A stretch of 64,000 nt of DNA from a virus: positions 30,998-94,997 of the IMG/VR virus record IMGVR_UViG_3300042691_048368. One strand, given 5' to 3'. The notes under the pieces are model-generated. The model was given only the letters and a program-made list of their open reading frames with translations. It had not been told where the DNA came from and ran no database searches. Both the position numbers and the translations under genes were made by a program. Shown here piece after piece: positions 20,201 through 32,600 of the stretch (its first letter is position 1; every line of letters starts with the position of its first letter).

Positions 20201-23200
20201 AATAAGGTCGTCAATATATCTATTTGACACCACAAGGATTTTAAATTTGAACGGCGGTGTAGTAACCCCATTGAATGCTCCAAATATTACAATATCTCCC
20301 TGGTTAGCTTCACCATCTGGTATAACAAACTCAACATTAAGAGATGTACATTTTGGATCTACTGCTTCTGGTTTTGTAGTTGGAGATAAAGGTTTGGTAT
20401 TGAAAACAACTAGCGCTGGAGAAAACTGGGGTACACAATCAAGTGAAATAACAGAGAATTTAAGATCTGTATATTCCACAACATATAGCACTGTTTGGGC
20501 AGTTGGTGAGAAAAATAGGGTCATAAGATCACTAAATGGAGGATTGAATTGGCAGACCATCCTTGGACCCGCTGGACCTAATACGACGCTGAATAGTGTT
20601 AGAGTAATACAAAATAATTTAGTTTTAATTTGTTCGGATGATAGTAGGTTACACTTATGGAATGGCTCAGCATACCAAAACGTACCACTTAGTCAGAAAC
20701 CAAAAGCTATTTGGGCCAATGATAATGGTAGTGTGTGTTTCATAGTAGGTGAAAATGGGTTGATTGTAAAATATAATGCTCAACTACTTACCCAATCGGT
20801 TCAAACAACCAAATCTAAATTATTATCTGCCCATTTCAAGGTTTCTGCAACATCAAATGTGATGGTAGTCGGAGGTGAGAATGGGTCACTATTATTTACA
20901 AGTAATGGCACTGATTGGTATACGAATTTTACTGGACTTACTACATCATCGATTAATTCAATTTATTTTGTACCCAATACAAATATAGGTTGGTTAGTTG
21001 GTGGAGATGGAATGATAAGGAAGACAACAAATAATGCTGTAACTTGGTCTAGACAAACATCACCAACTACAAATAATTTGAATTCTGTGAATTTTGCAAC
21101 TTCTACATTTGGTATTGCGGTTGGAAATAATGGATCGATTTTGTTTACAGAAGATGGATCAGGTTGGAATGCTCATACAAATTTAACATCTCAAAACTGG
21201 ACCACATATAAATTAAACAGTGTTTATGTCTCAAATCCGCAAGTAAAAAATATAGTTGGTGACCTAGGTACCATTCTACGATCCGATGCAACAAGATTCA
21301 GAAGAGTGAGAATCGTATCTGTTATTGGTGTATTTGCGACACAATCTTATGGTTTATCTAATTTCATAGCAAATCAAACCTCTGCTGACACCAACGTTTG
21401 GGGAGGTGGAACTGGTGCTGTTTTCAATTTGTCTATTTCTTCGAGTGGTATCGTCACCATAAACTCATATGTAAATCGAGGTGTGAATTACGTTGGTGGG
21501 AATAAGATTACTGTTAGTGGATTCAATCCTTCTTTTCCAAATGATTATATAGAATTCAACGTTGCTAGTACAATTACTGAATACTATACTGTACCTACCC
21601 CATCTGGTATTGCTGCAAATGAGAATTTACTTGCAGTCCACTTCAGTTCGAATTATGGTTATGCTATAAGTGATTTTGGTAAAATTATAAGAACAGCTGA
21701 TACTGGACAAAGTTGGCAATTGATAATTACTCCAACTAATAGTAAATTATCTTCTGTATTCTTTATTAGTGTAACAATCGGTTGGGTAGGTGGAACCAAT
21801 GGTAGGATTTGGAAAACGGTTGATTTTGGTAATAGTTGGGGATTACCAGTGACTGTTTCAACCTCTACAGGAGATATAACTTCGATATCTTTCAAAGATA
21901 CATCGAATGGTATTTGTTGTGATAGCAATGGTAGATTTTTCACTACTATAAATGGTGGTAGCAGCTGGTCACCTGTGGAGTTCAACTTTACTGATGTAAA
22001 TTTCGTGAATGACACAACTGGATGGATTGTCGGTAATAACGGTATAATGTTAAAAACAACAGATGGTGGTAACAAATGGGATTATGTCTATACGGGTTTA
22101 TCTGCAAGTTTGACATCTGTTGATTTTGCAGACACTACGGTTGGTTATCTTGTGGGTGAGAATGGAATAATTAGGAAATCAGAACAATCCGGTATAAATA
22201 ATAGTTGGATCAGGCAAGATAAAGGATCAAGAAATTTCAATTCCATTTACATGTTAGACTCGAATGTTGGGTTTGTAGTTGGTGATAGTGGTGCTCTATA
22301 TAAATCAGAGATAGACCCACCATTTGTAAGAAACCTATTATTCAATAATTTAAAAAATGAAATAGTTTTGTCCACACCAGAGGGTATATCAGTTTTTGAC
22401 TTGGAAGGGAACCAATTAGCCTTTGGTGAAACACCGGAATATGGTCCATTAGCTTTGAATCAATATGATGGTGACATATATCTTGCTTCTCAAAATACCC
22501 AACAATTATTTGTGGTTGATACTGATAACTATAAAATAAAACATTCCGAAACATTTTTTGAAGGATCGATCAAAGAGGTTTTATATAATCCTGACCGACA
22601 GAGTATTTTTGCAATTATTCCCAATGATATAATCCAAATACAATCACTCGTTGAGGTACAAGTTATTTTAGCAACTAGTTTACAACAAAATACTTTATCA
22701 ACTATTGAAGTTGGAGAAAATAATTATGGCACATTAGATCCTAATTACCAAAAACATCCAGATATTTGGCTTAAAACAAGAGAATACATTAGAAGACCAA
22801 GGGAAAACTACAATGATGAACCTTTTGCGGATTTAATATTCAAATGGGAAGACGACCAAATACCTGAAATATTTTTATACGATTTTTCTGGAGAACAATT
22901 GCCAGTGGGTGGAATTTATGATTATACTGGAGAAAGACCTTTGCCAATAGTATCTTTGAATCGTAAGCCTAATACAAAACTTACCAGAGTAGCTTTACCG
23001 GAGTTCCAACAAACAATATTTGATGAGTTGACTTATACATTGGATCATGTTGATTCAGTGGTAGATTTTACTAATAAGCCAACACCTATTGAAGTTTTTA
23101 TTGGCATGAATGGAACTAATGAGGGTGTTTTATCTTCTAGATTAAATCTTTATAAAAGAGAATCTATAAAGTTCACGGTTTATGCAAATGCTACAAATAG

Positions 23201-25085
23201 TGATGTCTTATCATTCTCGATGGGAGTAAATGATGAAGATGGTCTATACGGTATGATTGCGTTTGATTTGAATTCCAAAACAAATTTCCGACAAGATGAT
23301 GATGGTGTCACAAGGGGTTTGAAACCCGGTCAGTTATTAAAAATAACAATAAAAGACGATAGTAATCAGAAAAACAAATATATTTCACTAAACAGTGGAA
23401 TAACTGTTAAGATACTTAAAGTTTTTACAAAATATTTGGTTGTGACGTTTATAGATAGGTATTTTACAAATGAGTTTACTCAAGTCGATGATTATCCAAC
23501 AAATGGTTCAACTACATACTTGACGGTTAGTTTTGAAGTAGTAGATAAATTGATAGGTACTTTTGAGATAAAGTCACAAACTGAAATAGAAGATGTGAGA
23601 TTTAAAATTGAGTTAGCTAACTCTGGTCATTTGGTAGATCCATATGACACTTTTATTTTCAAGACATATGATATCAATGAACAAGGTATAGATTGGAATT
23701 TCCTAAACAAAAAGAGAAAAGAAATGCTCTTAGTCAGGGATCAGATTTTTCCTTATATTGGATCTTATAAAGCTATTATAAACTCAATAAATTTCTTCGG
23801 GTACAATGATTTAGAATTATACGAATACTATAGAAATATCAATATAAGTTCACCCGACTTTTATAAATTGTTCAAAGTAGAAATACCTGACATCTTTGAT
23901 AACTCAGTTGAGGGATGGAAAGAAAACGATTTTATAAAACACACTTTGCCGAACCCGAATTTCGAAGAGACAAATTTATTCAACTTAACATATCGTATAA
24001 CTGACAAAGAAGGTACGAATGTTCTGTTGTATTCATTAGCCGAAGTAATTATGAAACTGCAAGGTTTGAAAATGTGGTTGGAAAGAAAAGTAATTCCGAT
24101 AACTCATAGAATATTAGATATTACAGGAAGAGCTGACTTTGTTGGAGTTGATACAATACAACATAGAAATTATGATACACGTATAGTAAACATAAAACAA
24201 TCCTTTTCCCCTATAGATTTCAGTTTGAATGAGGCATATTTGATGCCAATCAATAGTGGATCCACTGTTTATACATGTCAAGTCGATTTTTATATGTCAC
24301 TTGGTTTGACACAATCTGAAGTACCGGACTATTTCACTGTTAGAATAAAGACTTACAAAACTTATAAAGAATGGGATCCGTTTTTCACTTACAAATTGGG
24401 AGATAGAGTAACATACTACGACAAAATATATGAATCTGTCATAGAGAGTAATAAACTAAAAAACCCTTTAAAATATAGTGGAATTTCTTCTTGGAATGGA
24501 AATGTTAATTATCTATTAGGCCAATTTGTTGAATATAAAAGAGAAATTTATCAATATATCGGTACTCAATCATCATTCACTATTTTTGGAACAGTTTCTA
24601 CAGTAAGTCCCTTCTTGGATTTGCAGAATAGAAAATCTTTCTCAAGTTGGTTCTATATGACTGAGTGGCGTTTGACAGATTTAGTACCTGTGCAAAATCT
24701 TTTAGAATATCGTTTAGTCGCTACATATAGTTTGGAAGATAATAAACCAAAAATTGGTGAAAGAAAAAAACCTATAAAGGCTGGTCATTCTTACAATTTT
24801 ACGATTGATGCTAATATTGATCCTTTCATTTATATAGAAGTGAGTTCCGATAATGGTTACGGTCAAACTTATACAACCAAAAAAACTTATGAGATAAGAG
24901 GACTGAATGATCTTTCTGCTAATAAAACAGAGGGTGATCCGATAGGACCATTTGTACCTGTCAAGACACATAAGACATTAGTGGGCCTAGCTAGTTTACC
25001 ACCTGATGAAAGGATTGGTGCACCAGGAGGTGGTCCAGAACCTGGTGGCCCTGATAGACCGGGGGGTAGTGGTGGTGGTGGTTAA
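17208..25085 (+). CDS. Giant baseplate wedge-like virion protein with YCF48/BNR beta-propellers and CBM5/12-like modules
   Basis: Many GWxVGxxGxIxKTxDGGxxW repeats. C-terminal IGSYKAIINSINFFGY baseplate-like segment. WDPFFTYKLGDRVTY and WNGNVNYLLGQFVEY modules. Confidence 0.65.
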   Translation: MQSLIFFNKEGDNLNFRYNEDDERWEGDMIFHANSDDTFKTAGLYMFERIPSFEYEKPGDLFLQKFQLFNEYRFNITGCSYFNRPVTRVELPNNDQLFFSKWIYGNNFEKMFPIGTQIMFDKKYLEFTNINQSYTVVKTKKNGIMIMSNLDNRSFNSKYGSVIEGTASLEGISVSGVNSIGVYNYIDDQYKDNLSSWSEPDFYDKYYNGKVLNLFGTERNDGIYTVRNYLLNDKVYKRYELDAKSLTQSYDLLIDILLKTELPTVYTGGLYLTASRIYFTDGVPKILKPGVEFHLPNASINTNSLKILDVVKFEGINKLTYFATQSQVLYGNSLYECVLSHYWTATSSILPDNKTYWDAPTYLSVSGISDYEVFQSAEVQLTKNRFTYSFSFTQSMPVTLASSVEKYKEDFKFFLLDYYFENKKLHLDLLYPSNYVDAKILLSLDGVNYENRAVTKNIYEQNVEIEEVLLPEITENICENFSYNIVFTDIDEFGIRLTINGQVYYQEVEFIYDSLNVNMERTIDKTLRNWLTTWYIELSMTGIYPKLKFTGKDYSFYLNTIQLTTEYPNVELTFSVEVGTTADFYLQRAQIVFNNIGSYFVVTINDRNYGQKSSYFSNGKVDFASSLNEWVETYGDILEGYGIYAKSVLSMLTFDVKEIDTRFEVSVNTGVFSLPGNETYFIKNLFRGHLGAFLTSNEIILSGPSYSFEDENFATGQLVAINNSSRPWNNQEYNIEYLGPKDLVLSYQGPFWPTTDPLCNIAPFITIALSNGFGATGCTPAVLAKPNNGEFGLLDFSDAFSIRFGATNSYVINKNFPINDEAKFVDLIYLGLVNKIYVFGERLTVIDSVSGRVETEVKLPNFTSGISMTFNPYNNYLYCLSTDKIYLIDPLFPKLDHIINLSLPGKKCVVNPNNGDVYVAYNSTKFDIWYDNNFTSTPSKSYPSVPTNKRYYNFIYNASEKDIYVCSDDELLRFDGSSRNLQASISVPGLKNNFLYEPIRSSIYLFDTTRILNLNGGVVTPLNAPNITISPWLASPSGITNSTLRDVHFGSTASGFVVGDKGLVLKTTSAGENWGTQSSEITENLRSVYSTTYSTVWAVGEKNRVIRSLNGGLNWQTILGPAGPNTTLNSVRVIQNNLVLICSDDSRLHLWNGSAYQNVPLSQKPKAIWANDNGSVCFIVGENGLIVKYNAQLLTQSVQTTKSKLLSAHFKVSATSNVMVVGGENGSLLFTSNGTDWYTNFTGLTTSSINSIYFVPNTNIGWLVGGDGMIRKTTNNAVTWSRQTSPTTNNLNSVNFATSTFGIAVGNNGSILFTEDGSGWNAHTNLTSQNWTTYKLNSVYVSNPQVKNIVGDLGTILRSDATRFRRVRIVSVIGVFATQSYGLSNFIANQTSADTNVWGGGTGAVFNLSISSSGIVTINSYVNRGVNYVGGNKITVSGFNPSFPNDYIEFNVASTITEYYTVPTPSGIAANENLLAVHFSSNYGYAISDFGKIIRTADTGQSWQLIITPTNSKLSSVFFISVTIGWVGGTNGRIWKTVDFGNSWGLPVTVSTSTGDITSISFKDTSNGICCDSNGRFFTTINGGSSWSPVEFNFTDVNFVNDTTGWIVGNNGIMLKTTDGGNKWDYVYTGLSASLTSVDFADTTVGYLVGENGIIRKSEQSGINNSWIRQDKGSRNFNSIYMLDSNVGFVVGDSGALYKSEIDPPFVRNLLFNNLKNEIVLSTPEGISVFDLEGNQLAFGETPEYGPLALNQYDGDIYLASQNTQQLFVVDTDNYKIKHSETFFEGSIKEVLYNPDRQSIFAIIPNDIIQIQSLVEVQVILATSLQQNTLSTIEVGENNYGTLDPNYQKHPDIWLKTREYIRRPRENYNDEPFADLIFKWEDDQIPEIFLYDFSGEQLPVGGIYDYTGERPLPIVSLNRKPNTKLTRVALPEFQQTIFDELTYTLDHVDSVVDFTNKPTPIEVFIGMNGTNEGVLSSRLNLYKRESIKFTVYANATNSDVLSFSMGVNDEDGLYGMIAFDLNSKTNFRQDDDGVTRGLKPGQLLKITIKDDSNQKNKYISLNSGITVKILKVFTKYLVVTFIDRYFTNEFTQVDDYPTNGSTTYLTVSFEVVDKLIGTFEIKSQTEIEDVRFKIELANSGHLVDPYDTFIFKTYDINEQGIDWNFLNKKRKEMLLVRDQIFPYIGSYKAIINSINFFGYNDLELYEYYRNINISSPDFYKLFKVEIPDIFDNSVEGWKENDFIKHTLPNPNFEETNLFNLTYRITDKEGTNVLLYSLAEVIMKLQGLKMWLERKVIPITHRILDITGRADFVGVDTIQHRNYDTRIVNIKQSFSPIDFSLNEAYLMPINSGSTVYTCQVDFYMSLGLTQSEVPDYFTVRIKTYKTYKEWDPFFTYKLGDRVTYYDKIYESVIESNKLKNPLKYSGISSWNGNVNYLLGQFVEYKREIYQYIGTQSSFTIFGTVSTVSPFLDLQNRKSFSSWFYMTEWRLTDLVPVQNLLEYRLVATYSLEDNKPKIGERKKPIKAGHSYNFTIDANIDPFIYIEVSSDNGYGQTYTTKKTYEIRGLNDLSANKTEGDPIGPFVPVKTHKTLVGLASLPPDERIGAPGGGPEPGGPDRPGGSGGGG

Positions 25086-25115
25086 AAAAAAACCGTCGAG
25101 GACGGTTTTTTTTTT
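25084..25115. terminator. Bidirectional intrinsic terminator
   Basis: A-run, CCGTC-GAG-GACGG, T-run, between convergent genes. Confidence 0.85.
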
Positions 25116-25117
25116 AT

Positions 25118-25744
25118 TTAGATATTTACACCAGCTTCGTCGAAACTTGCGACCCAATCTTGAATTGCCTTTGATAAACTTTTAGCATGTGTGTCATAGT
25201 ATGAAACAATCTTGGAAATCTCACCAATTCTAAGTAGAATGTCGGCAAATGTCATAGTATCCTTTCCGAGCCCTACCACTTTATGTTTAGCAATTAAGTG
25301 ATAGATATAAGTAGTTTCAGTCGCATCGGCTAGATACCCTTTGAGATCTGAGGTTTCTGGTGAACCTTCTTCTTCCCATTTACCTAACAATTTTACTAAT
25401 TCGATTGCAAAAAACACTGTGTTTGCATCATACTCTAGTTTGTTATTTAATAAGTCTAAGAGTAATGTGTGTTGGTCCTTATTCAGATAGATCGTATAAA
25501 CAACTTCTTTGAACTCAGAGATAAAGCTTTTCCATAGATTTTTTGCATCCTCGTATAGTTTATCTTTTTCTTCTTCGCTGCAATATTTACCATCATTGTT
25601 TTTCATGTAATTTTCAATTTCAATGATCTTGCTGTCAAGACTAAGTTCGTGCATAAATGGCATTAGTCTGTACTCAACGCTATCATTTTGAATTGAAAGT
25701 TGTGGTTTTATTACATGATTTTCTAAATGCTGTTTGTTTTCCAT
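25118..25744 (-). CDS. Hypothetical protein
   Basis: 208-aa ORF in an apparent operon. Confidence 0.6.
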   Translation of the reverse strand: MENKQHLENHVIKPQLSIQNDSVEYRLMPFMHELSLDSKIIEIENYMKNNDGKYCSEEEKDKLYEDAKNLWKSFISEFKEVVYTIYLNKDQHTLLLDLLNNKLEYDANTVFFAIELVKLLGKWEEEGSPETSDLKGYLADATETTYIYHLIAKHKVVGLGKDTMTFADILLRIGEISKIVSYYDTHAKSLSKAIQDWVASFDEAGVNI

Positions 25745-25765
25745 ATATTTAAAATTATTTTTTTA

Positions 25766-26191
25766 TTATAAAAGAAAGTCCTCTTGGGCATCTTCTTTTT
25801 GTTGATTGTACAATTCCTCAACTTTATTAGCTTTTGCAATCTTTTCTATTCCGTACTTATTTATGAGACTTGAAAAGGTAGTCAAATCGGGTTTAACCAT
25901 TTTTATTTTTCCAGTGTCCATATTTACAGAAATTTTATCAATTTCTTGCTCGAATAAAATTTGAATTGATTCTGGGTCAAATACAGACATCAAATCTTCA
26001 TTTATTTGTACTAATAACTCTTTTTCCAAAATGAAAGAAAACTGATCAGGCATTTTGGAAATTTTGATAAGGTTTTTTTGTGATTCGCACCCAACAAATT
26101 CGAAACCTACATTGAATGGAAATGATTTCCTATTGAAAGTGGTCTTGAATGTGCTTATACTATCGTCCGAAAGTTTGTAAAATTTACTCAT
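25766..26191 (-). CDS. Hypothetical protein (weak resemblance to putative phage metallopeptidase fold, no HExxH)
   Basis: 141-aa ORF with KPDLTTF near the C-terminus. Confidence 0.5.
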   Translation of the reverse strand: MSKFYKLSDDSISTFKTTFNRKSFPFNVGFEFVGCESQKNLIKISKMPDQFSFILEKELLVQINEDLMSVFDPESIQILFEQEIDKISVNMDTGKIKMVKPDLTTFSSLINKYGIEKIAKANKVEELYNQQKEDAQEDFLL

Positions 26192-26222
26192 ATTGTATTA
26201 TATTTTGTTTTGGTATAAGGTT

Positions 26223-26657
26223 TCAGATTACTGATAATGTAATTATTGATAATATTGTAAGTATTAATATTACAGGTGTCCAAAAATAAATAAGTCTATT
26301 TGCTAGACGTTTGGTATTCATCAATGAATAACCGAAAACTAAGAGATAACTATATTTGTCAACCTTTTCCATATCATATAACATATATAGTTCTGTCAAA
26401 CCATTTGCATTTAGGAACTGAGATAATTGAGATGTATATTCTTGTATATAAGTTTTGCTCATTGTATTAATATCAGATCTTCTGAAATTGTATGGTTCTT
26501 CAAAAATTTGTTCAGGTATATTCAGTACGGTGTATAGTCTGTATATACTATCGATTCTGATATTATATTGTATTTTAAGATCTGTTTCGATATTCAAAAT
26601 CTTATTTCGAAATACAAAAAAAAGAATAATGCGTCTGAAAAAATTAGTTTTCATCAA
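26223..26657 (-). CDS. Hypothetical membrane-anchored protein
   Basis: C-terminal hydrophobic helix. Confidence 0.55.
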   Translation of the reverse strand: MMKTNFFRRIILFFVFRNKILNIETDLKIQYNIRIDSIYRLYTVLNIPEQIFEEPYNFRRSDINTMSKTYIQEYTSQLSQFLNANGLTELYMLYDMEKVDKYSYLLVFGYSLMNTKRLANRLIYFWTPVILILTILSIITLSVI

Positions 26658-26685
26658 ATAATTATATTTGAATCAAAAAAAAAGT

Positions 26686-29600
26686 TTAGTCGTCAATTAG
26701 ACTTGATTTTTCTTTCTTTTTAGCATTAAGATATTCTTGTAGAGAAACCTTGCCATCTTTAGATCCACCAACTATGACACCAGCTATTGACCCGACGATT
26801 GAGTTGAGTGCTTTGATTGCCTCAGTCAAATTCTTCATTGTATCTTCTGGTGTCTGTTTCGGAGTGGTGGCAGTTGGAGTTTTTACTGCAGCAGTCGTAG
26901 TTGGTTTGGTGCCTGGTTTAACTTCTGCTGGTTTTGTAGGTTTAGCTTCCATTGCAGCTGGTGCTGATGATTGGGTATCTTTCATCACATCTACAAATAT
27001 CTTAGCTTTACTCTCTAAGGATGTCATCATTGACTCGAATTGAGCGGAATCCATAAGAGATAACATTACTATAGAACCAGAAAGATTTTTTAACATAGTC
27101 ATTCTCTCCATATCAACCGCTCCTAATTGTCCATTAAGATTTGTTAATGCTTGTGATAGTCTATCATATGCTTTAGCTAATTCAACCATCGAATCAGCCA
27201 TATCGCTCACCGAATCATAATCAGCATCAGCTTCTTCAAGTGATTTTGTTATGTTGATGTATGATGTAGTACTATCAGCTAAGTTTTTGAAATATTTTGG
27301 GTCTAATATTTTATCGAATTTACCTCTAGCTAATTTTTGTGAAACAATTACTAATGAGTCTGCTATGGCACTGACACCTGATTTGAATTTATCTTCGCCA
27401 CCAGATAATAAACCTTCATTTTGTTGAATGTAATTAAGTCCTGGTAGTACAGCATTTATTGCAGTGCTGAAACCTTGTGACCATTCCAATTTTGGTACTT
27501 TTCTTAAATCGAAAGGTACCTTATTCTCATTAAATTTGGTCGCAAGTTGAATTATACCATCGGCTAATTGATTAACTTTATCAGTTGTGGACGTTGAAAG
27601 AAAGGAAAATAAACCATCCCCTTTGAATGTATTCAGCATCTGTGAGAATGATACAAGATTAACTCTCAAAGAATCCATCCAAGCTTTTGGAATTACTTTA
27701 CTGAAGTTTCCTCTAGCTATAATGTGTGATACATTTTTAAGATTTGTAGCCAATTCTATCATTTTCTCAAGTTTGTCCTCATCAACTTTGTAGGCTTCCA
27801 TTACTTTTGTGATGCTCAAAAACGTCGAAATGTTAATCTTAGTGTTAGCCATGTAATTTGCTGGGATGTCCTTGTAATTACCTGTCGACAATTTATTACT
27901 TATAGAAACTAGTGTGTCGGTAGCTTTGGACAATTTATAGAAGTCGCCATCTTCATCCATATCGATGTCGGCTTCATCTAGTTGTTGAAGTATCAATGTA
28001 AATTCATTGAAGGTGAGTTTCACATTCTGTCCCCATTTAGGATCGATTATTGTTGTGAAATTCCCCCCACTTATAGTTCTACCAGCTTCAGCAATAGCTT
28101 GTGATATCGCTCTCATATTAGTCACAGTGGTTTCGGCACCATCTGTAAACCAACCACTTTGTTCACTGATATATTTCAATGCTGGTATAAATGCTTGGAA
28201 CGTGTCATTGACTGCCTGTCCCCATGCTTTTTTAGGAACTTTATTCAAATCATACGAAACACCCTCTCCCCCAAGAGCTTTTGCGGCTTCAGCAAGACCC
28301 ATACCTATAGACTGAATTGCTAACTTGTATGTTTCTGGTTTGATTGGTCCACTAAACCAACCCGAATCAGCATTGAGAACTTGGAAAACACCAGTAAAGG
28401 CTTGTAATGCTGTTGACACGCCTTCTGCCCAAGCTTTAGTCGGACCTTTCTTGTAATCTTCGGTGCCCCTACCAAGCTCTGTAGCTGCTGTGACTATACC
28501 TTGACTTATAGAAACTATTGCATTTTTAAAGTCATCTACACTCACACCACTTTTCCAAACACCTTGATTATCGACCAAAATTTTGTATATAGGTGCAAAT
28601 CCACCAAGGGCTAGTGATACACCCTCTGACCATTCTTTACTAGGTCCTTTCTTATACTCTTGTTCTCCCTTAGCTAATTCTGTGGCGGCGGATTTTATAC
28701 CTTGTGAGATTGTTACAATAGCAGTGGCAAATTGTTCGGGTGTGACACCGCTTCTAAAGAATTCGATACCAGCATTATCTAGTAACATCTTATAGACTTG
28801 TCCAAATGCACCTATAGCTAGAGATACTCCTTGTGACCATTTGAAATCTGGTCCACCTTTGAAATTCCCTTTACTCAGATAAAAGGCTGCTGTGTTAATC
28901 GATTTGGAGATAGTTACGATAGCTTCTCCAAACTCTTTTGGTCCAACTCCACCACCGAACAAGTCAAATATTGCATTAGCGAGAAGCATTTTGTATACCT
29001 GTCCAAATGCACCAAGTGCAATCGCAACTGAAGAAGCCCACTGTTTAGTAGGTCCACCCGTGAAATTTCCTTTTGATAATTTATTAGCTGCTTCTACTAT
29101 TGAATCGGAGATCATCAATATTGACTCAGAAAATGCTTTTGGTCCAATATCTGCTCCTCCAAATAAGGACATAACAGAATTTGCTACCAACATCTTATAA
29201 ATGTCACTAAATGCAGCTAGTGATAGAGCAACACCACTAGCCCATTGTACAGTGGGCCCATTGCCATATTTACCTTTAGATAATATTTCAGATGCCAAGA
29301 CAACAGTCTCAGCCACTCCTAATACCGCAGCAGCACCGAGTGCTAAAGCTGCGGCACCTAGTCCAAAGGATCCTGCAATAATTGCACCAAGTGTACCCAT
29401 GCCCGTTGCAAATCCAGTCAACGCAAGTCCAACACCTTTCGTCCATTCTATTGATGGATAATTAGTATATTTACCAACCGATAGTATTTTGTCTGTAGCC
29501 ACTACAACTGCTGCGACAGCTAATAATGCGACACCTCCTACTATGACTAATGGTAACATTGGTCCTAATAATACAGCAGCTAAACCAAATGGCACCATAG

Positions 29601-32600
29601 CGGCGGCTGTCTGTAAAGTCCACTGATATGGTACTGGTTTGGTATAATCACCTTTGTTTAGTATCATACTAACCGCCATAACGGTTCCTGCTATAGCTAT
29701 TATTGCAACTAATCCTGCTAAAATTGCTAGGGCACCAACACCAGAGCTTGCTATAGTACCTAACAGTACGGCTGCTATACCAAAAGGTATCATGGCGGCA
29801 GCTGCTCCTAAAGTCCAGGCAAAACTTGGGTATTTGTTGTATTCGCCCATATTTAGTAAAAGAGATGAGACGTATATAGTAGCTGCAATTGCGATAATTG
29901 CGATTCCCCCCTTTATTGCTTGTGCAACTGATAAGCCTACTTTATCAAGTAGGTATATTGCAAAACCAAAAGATACCATAGATAGTGCAGCATTGATCAA
30001 CCAAGTGAATGATGGGTATTTATCGTAAGTACCCTTACTCAATATTAAAGAAGTTGCAAGAATTGCTGCTGATATGACAACAAGAGAAATAGCACCTTTC
30101 AATACTTTTGTTGGTGTCATTTTTAGTTTATCAAGTGCAAAAATTGCGTAACCAAATCCAACCATTGCGATTCCCGCAAAGAAAATCCAAGTAATAGATG
30201 GATATTTATCATACTTGCCAATTGACAAAATTAGAGATGTGGCAACAACTGCAGCCGATATTATTACCAAATTGATTGCCCCATCTATCATTGTTTTCTT
30301 ATTGAACTTCGAAAGTCTATTGAAAACAAAACTCATTCCAACTCCTATCAGACCAAGTACTATCGATATACCAACAGCATTGACCAATTTACTGAATGGT
30401 ACTATTTTGATTTCCGACAAAATATAGGAGCTTAACATTATTGTCAATGCCATTGCTACCAATATTATTGGGACTAGAGCCATCTTGGCGGGACTTACAT
30501 TTGATATACCTTTAGTTATGTAAGGTATAGCAAATGATATAGGTATAAACACAATTGCTATCAATACAGCGGTCAGTGCTTGGAATAATCCTATCGGTTT
30601 TACACCAGCAAGAAGGAATGATGATCCCAAAATTGCCGCTGAAACTGCTATTAGAAGTATGGGTAGTATCACGGATGCTAAGATCGCTTTTCCTTTACTG
30701 ATCCCTTCCATACCTTTCAGTAGTTTACCTAGACCATAACCTATTACTGCAAATACACCAGCTATAAAAACAGATGTAATAAGTTGGAATAAACCAACTG
30801 GTTTTACACCAGCTAATAGGAATGATGAACCTAAAATAGCTGCTGAAATTGCAACCAAGACTAATGGTAGTAGTGGTATCATTGCTATACTTTTCACACC
30901 CAACTTACCTAAGCCACTCAATAAACCACCTAAACCATAGGAGACTGCTGAAAACATTGCAGCAATTAGTATCGAAGTTATCATTTGGAATAAACCAACT
31001 GGTCTTACCATTCCGAGTATCTGTGATGACGCGGCGATTGCTAAAGAAATACCTACCATTATGAAAGGTAAAAGAGGTACCATTAAAAGTCCTTTACCAC
31101 TAATCTTACTTATACCAATCAACATTTTACCGAGACCATATGACAATACGGTAAACATACCTGCAATCAATATGGCGGTAATCATTTGTAATACTCCGAC
31201 CGGTCTTACCGCTGCTAAAATAAATGATGATAACATTACTGCGAGTGATATACCAACCAATACTGCGGTGAGTCCAGCTGCCCTTCCTGGTGTCAAATTT
31301 TTAGCTTCAGCTAATTTAGTGAAAGCAATTGCGAGTACCGATATAGCAATACCGAGACCTAGCACAGAAGCGAAATTAACATTTCCTACTATTTTAAGTG
31401 CTAGACCAATTGCTAGTACGCCAGCCGCTATCAATATTATTATCTTGAGACCAGACTGTATCTTTTGTGTCTCTTTCGGATCACCAGCTTTTCCAAATAT
31501 TCCACCATCTTTATCAGACTTAGCTTGTGATTCAATAGTCCTAGGTTTTGGTTTTTTGTACTTAACTTCTACTTCAACTGGTTTAGGTTGTGGTAGTATT
31601 GGGGGTTTTGGTCTACCAAATTTTAAACCTATTTCAGGCATTTTTGGTAAAGATGGAAACTTAGGTAGTTTCGGTTTCAAAAATTCCAAATTTATGTTTG
31701 GCATCTTTGGTAAAGATGGGAACTTTGGAAGTTTTGGTTTTTGTATTGATAAAGATAAATCCGGTAGTTTTGGTAACTTTGGTAACTTTGGAAGTTTCGG
31801 AGTTGTAAAACCAAGATCTATTTTCGGAAATCTTGGTAATTTTGGCATTTGGGGCAATTTAGAGACTGCAAAATCAATACTCGATTTTATTTTTGGTACA
31901 GTAGGTAATTTTGGTAACTTAGATACCGTAAAATCGATACTTGATTTAATATTTGGTACATTTGGTAATTTTGGCAGTTTTGATACGGTAAAGTCAATAG
32001 TTGATTTGAGACTCTTTACCGTCGGTAACTTTGGTAATTTAGATACGGCAAACTCAATACTCGACTTCAAATTCTTCACCGTCGGTAATTTTGGCAGTTT
32101 TGATACGGCAAAGTCAATAGTTGATTTGAGACTTTTTACCGTCGGTAATTTCGGAAGCTTCGATACTGCGAAATCAATACTTGACTTTAAATTCTTTACC
32201 GTCGGTAATTTTGGTAATTTGGATATGGCAAAGTCAATACTCGATTTCAAATTCTTCACCGTCGGTAACTTTGGTAATTTGGTTACGGCAAAGTCAATAG
32301 TTGATTTGAGACTCTTTACTGTCGGTAATTTTGGCAGTTTTGATACGGCAAAGTCAATAGTTGATTTGAGACTCTTTACTGTCGGTAATTTCGGAAGCTT
32401 CGATACTACGAAATCAATACTTGACTTTAAATTCTTTACCGTCGGTAATTTCGGAAGCTTCGATACTACGAAATCAATACTTGATTTCAATCTAGGTACC
32501 GATGGGAATTTTGGAAATTTGCCAATTATAAACTCAACAGTTGATTTTATATTTGGTATTGTTGGAAGCTTAGGAATTTTCGAAAAAGATAGATCGATAC

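Noticed and set aside
26750-30427. Numerous short plus-strand ORFs opposite the tape measure, and similar ORFs opposite the sheath, baseplate and 38588 genes
   Set aside because: Antisense shadows of long genes with no independent motifs.
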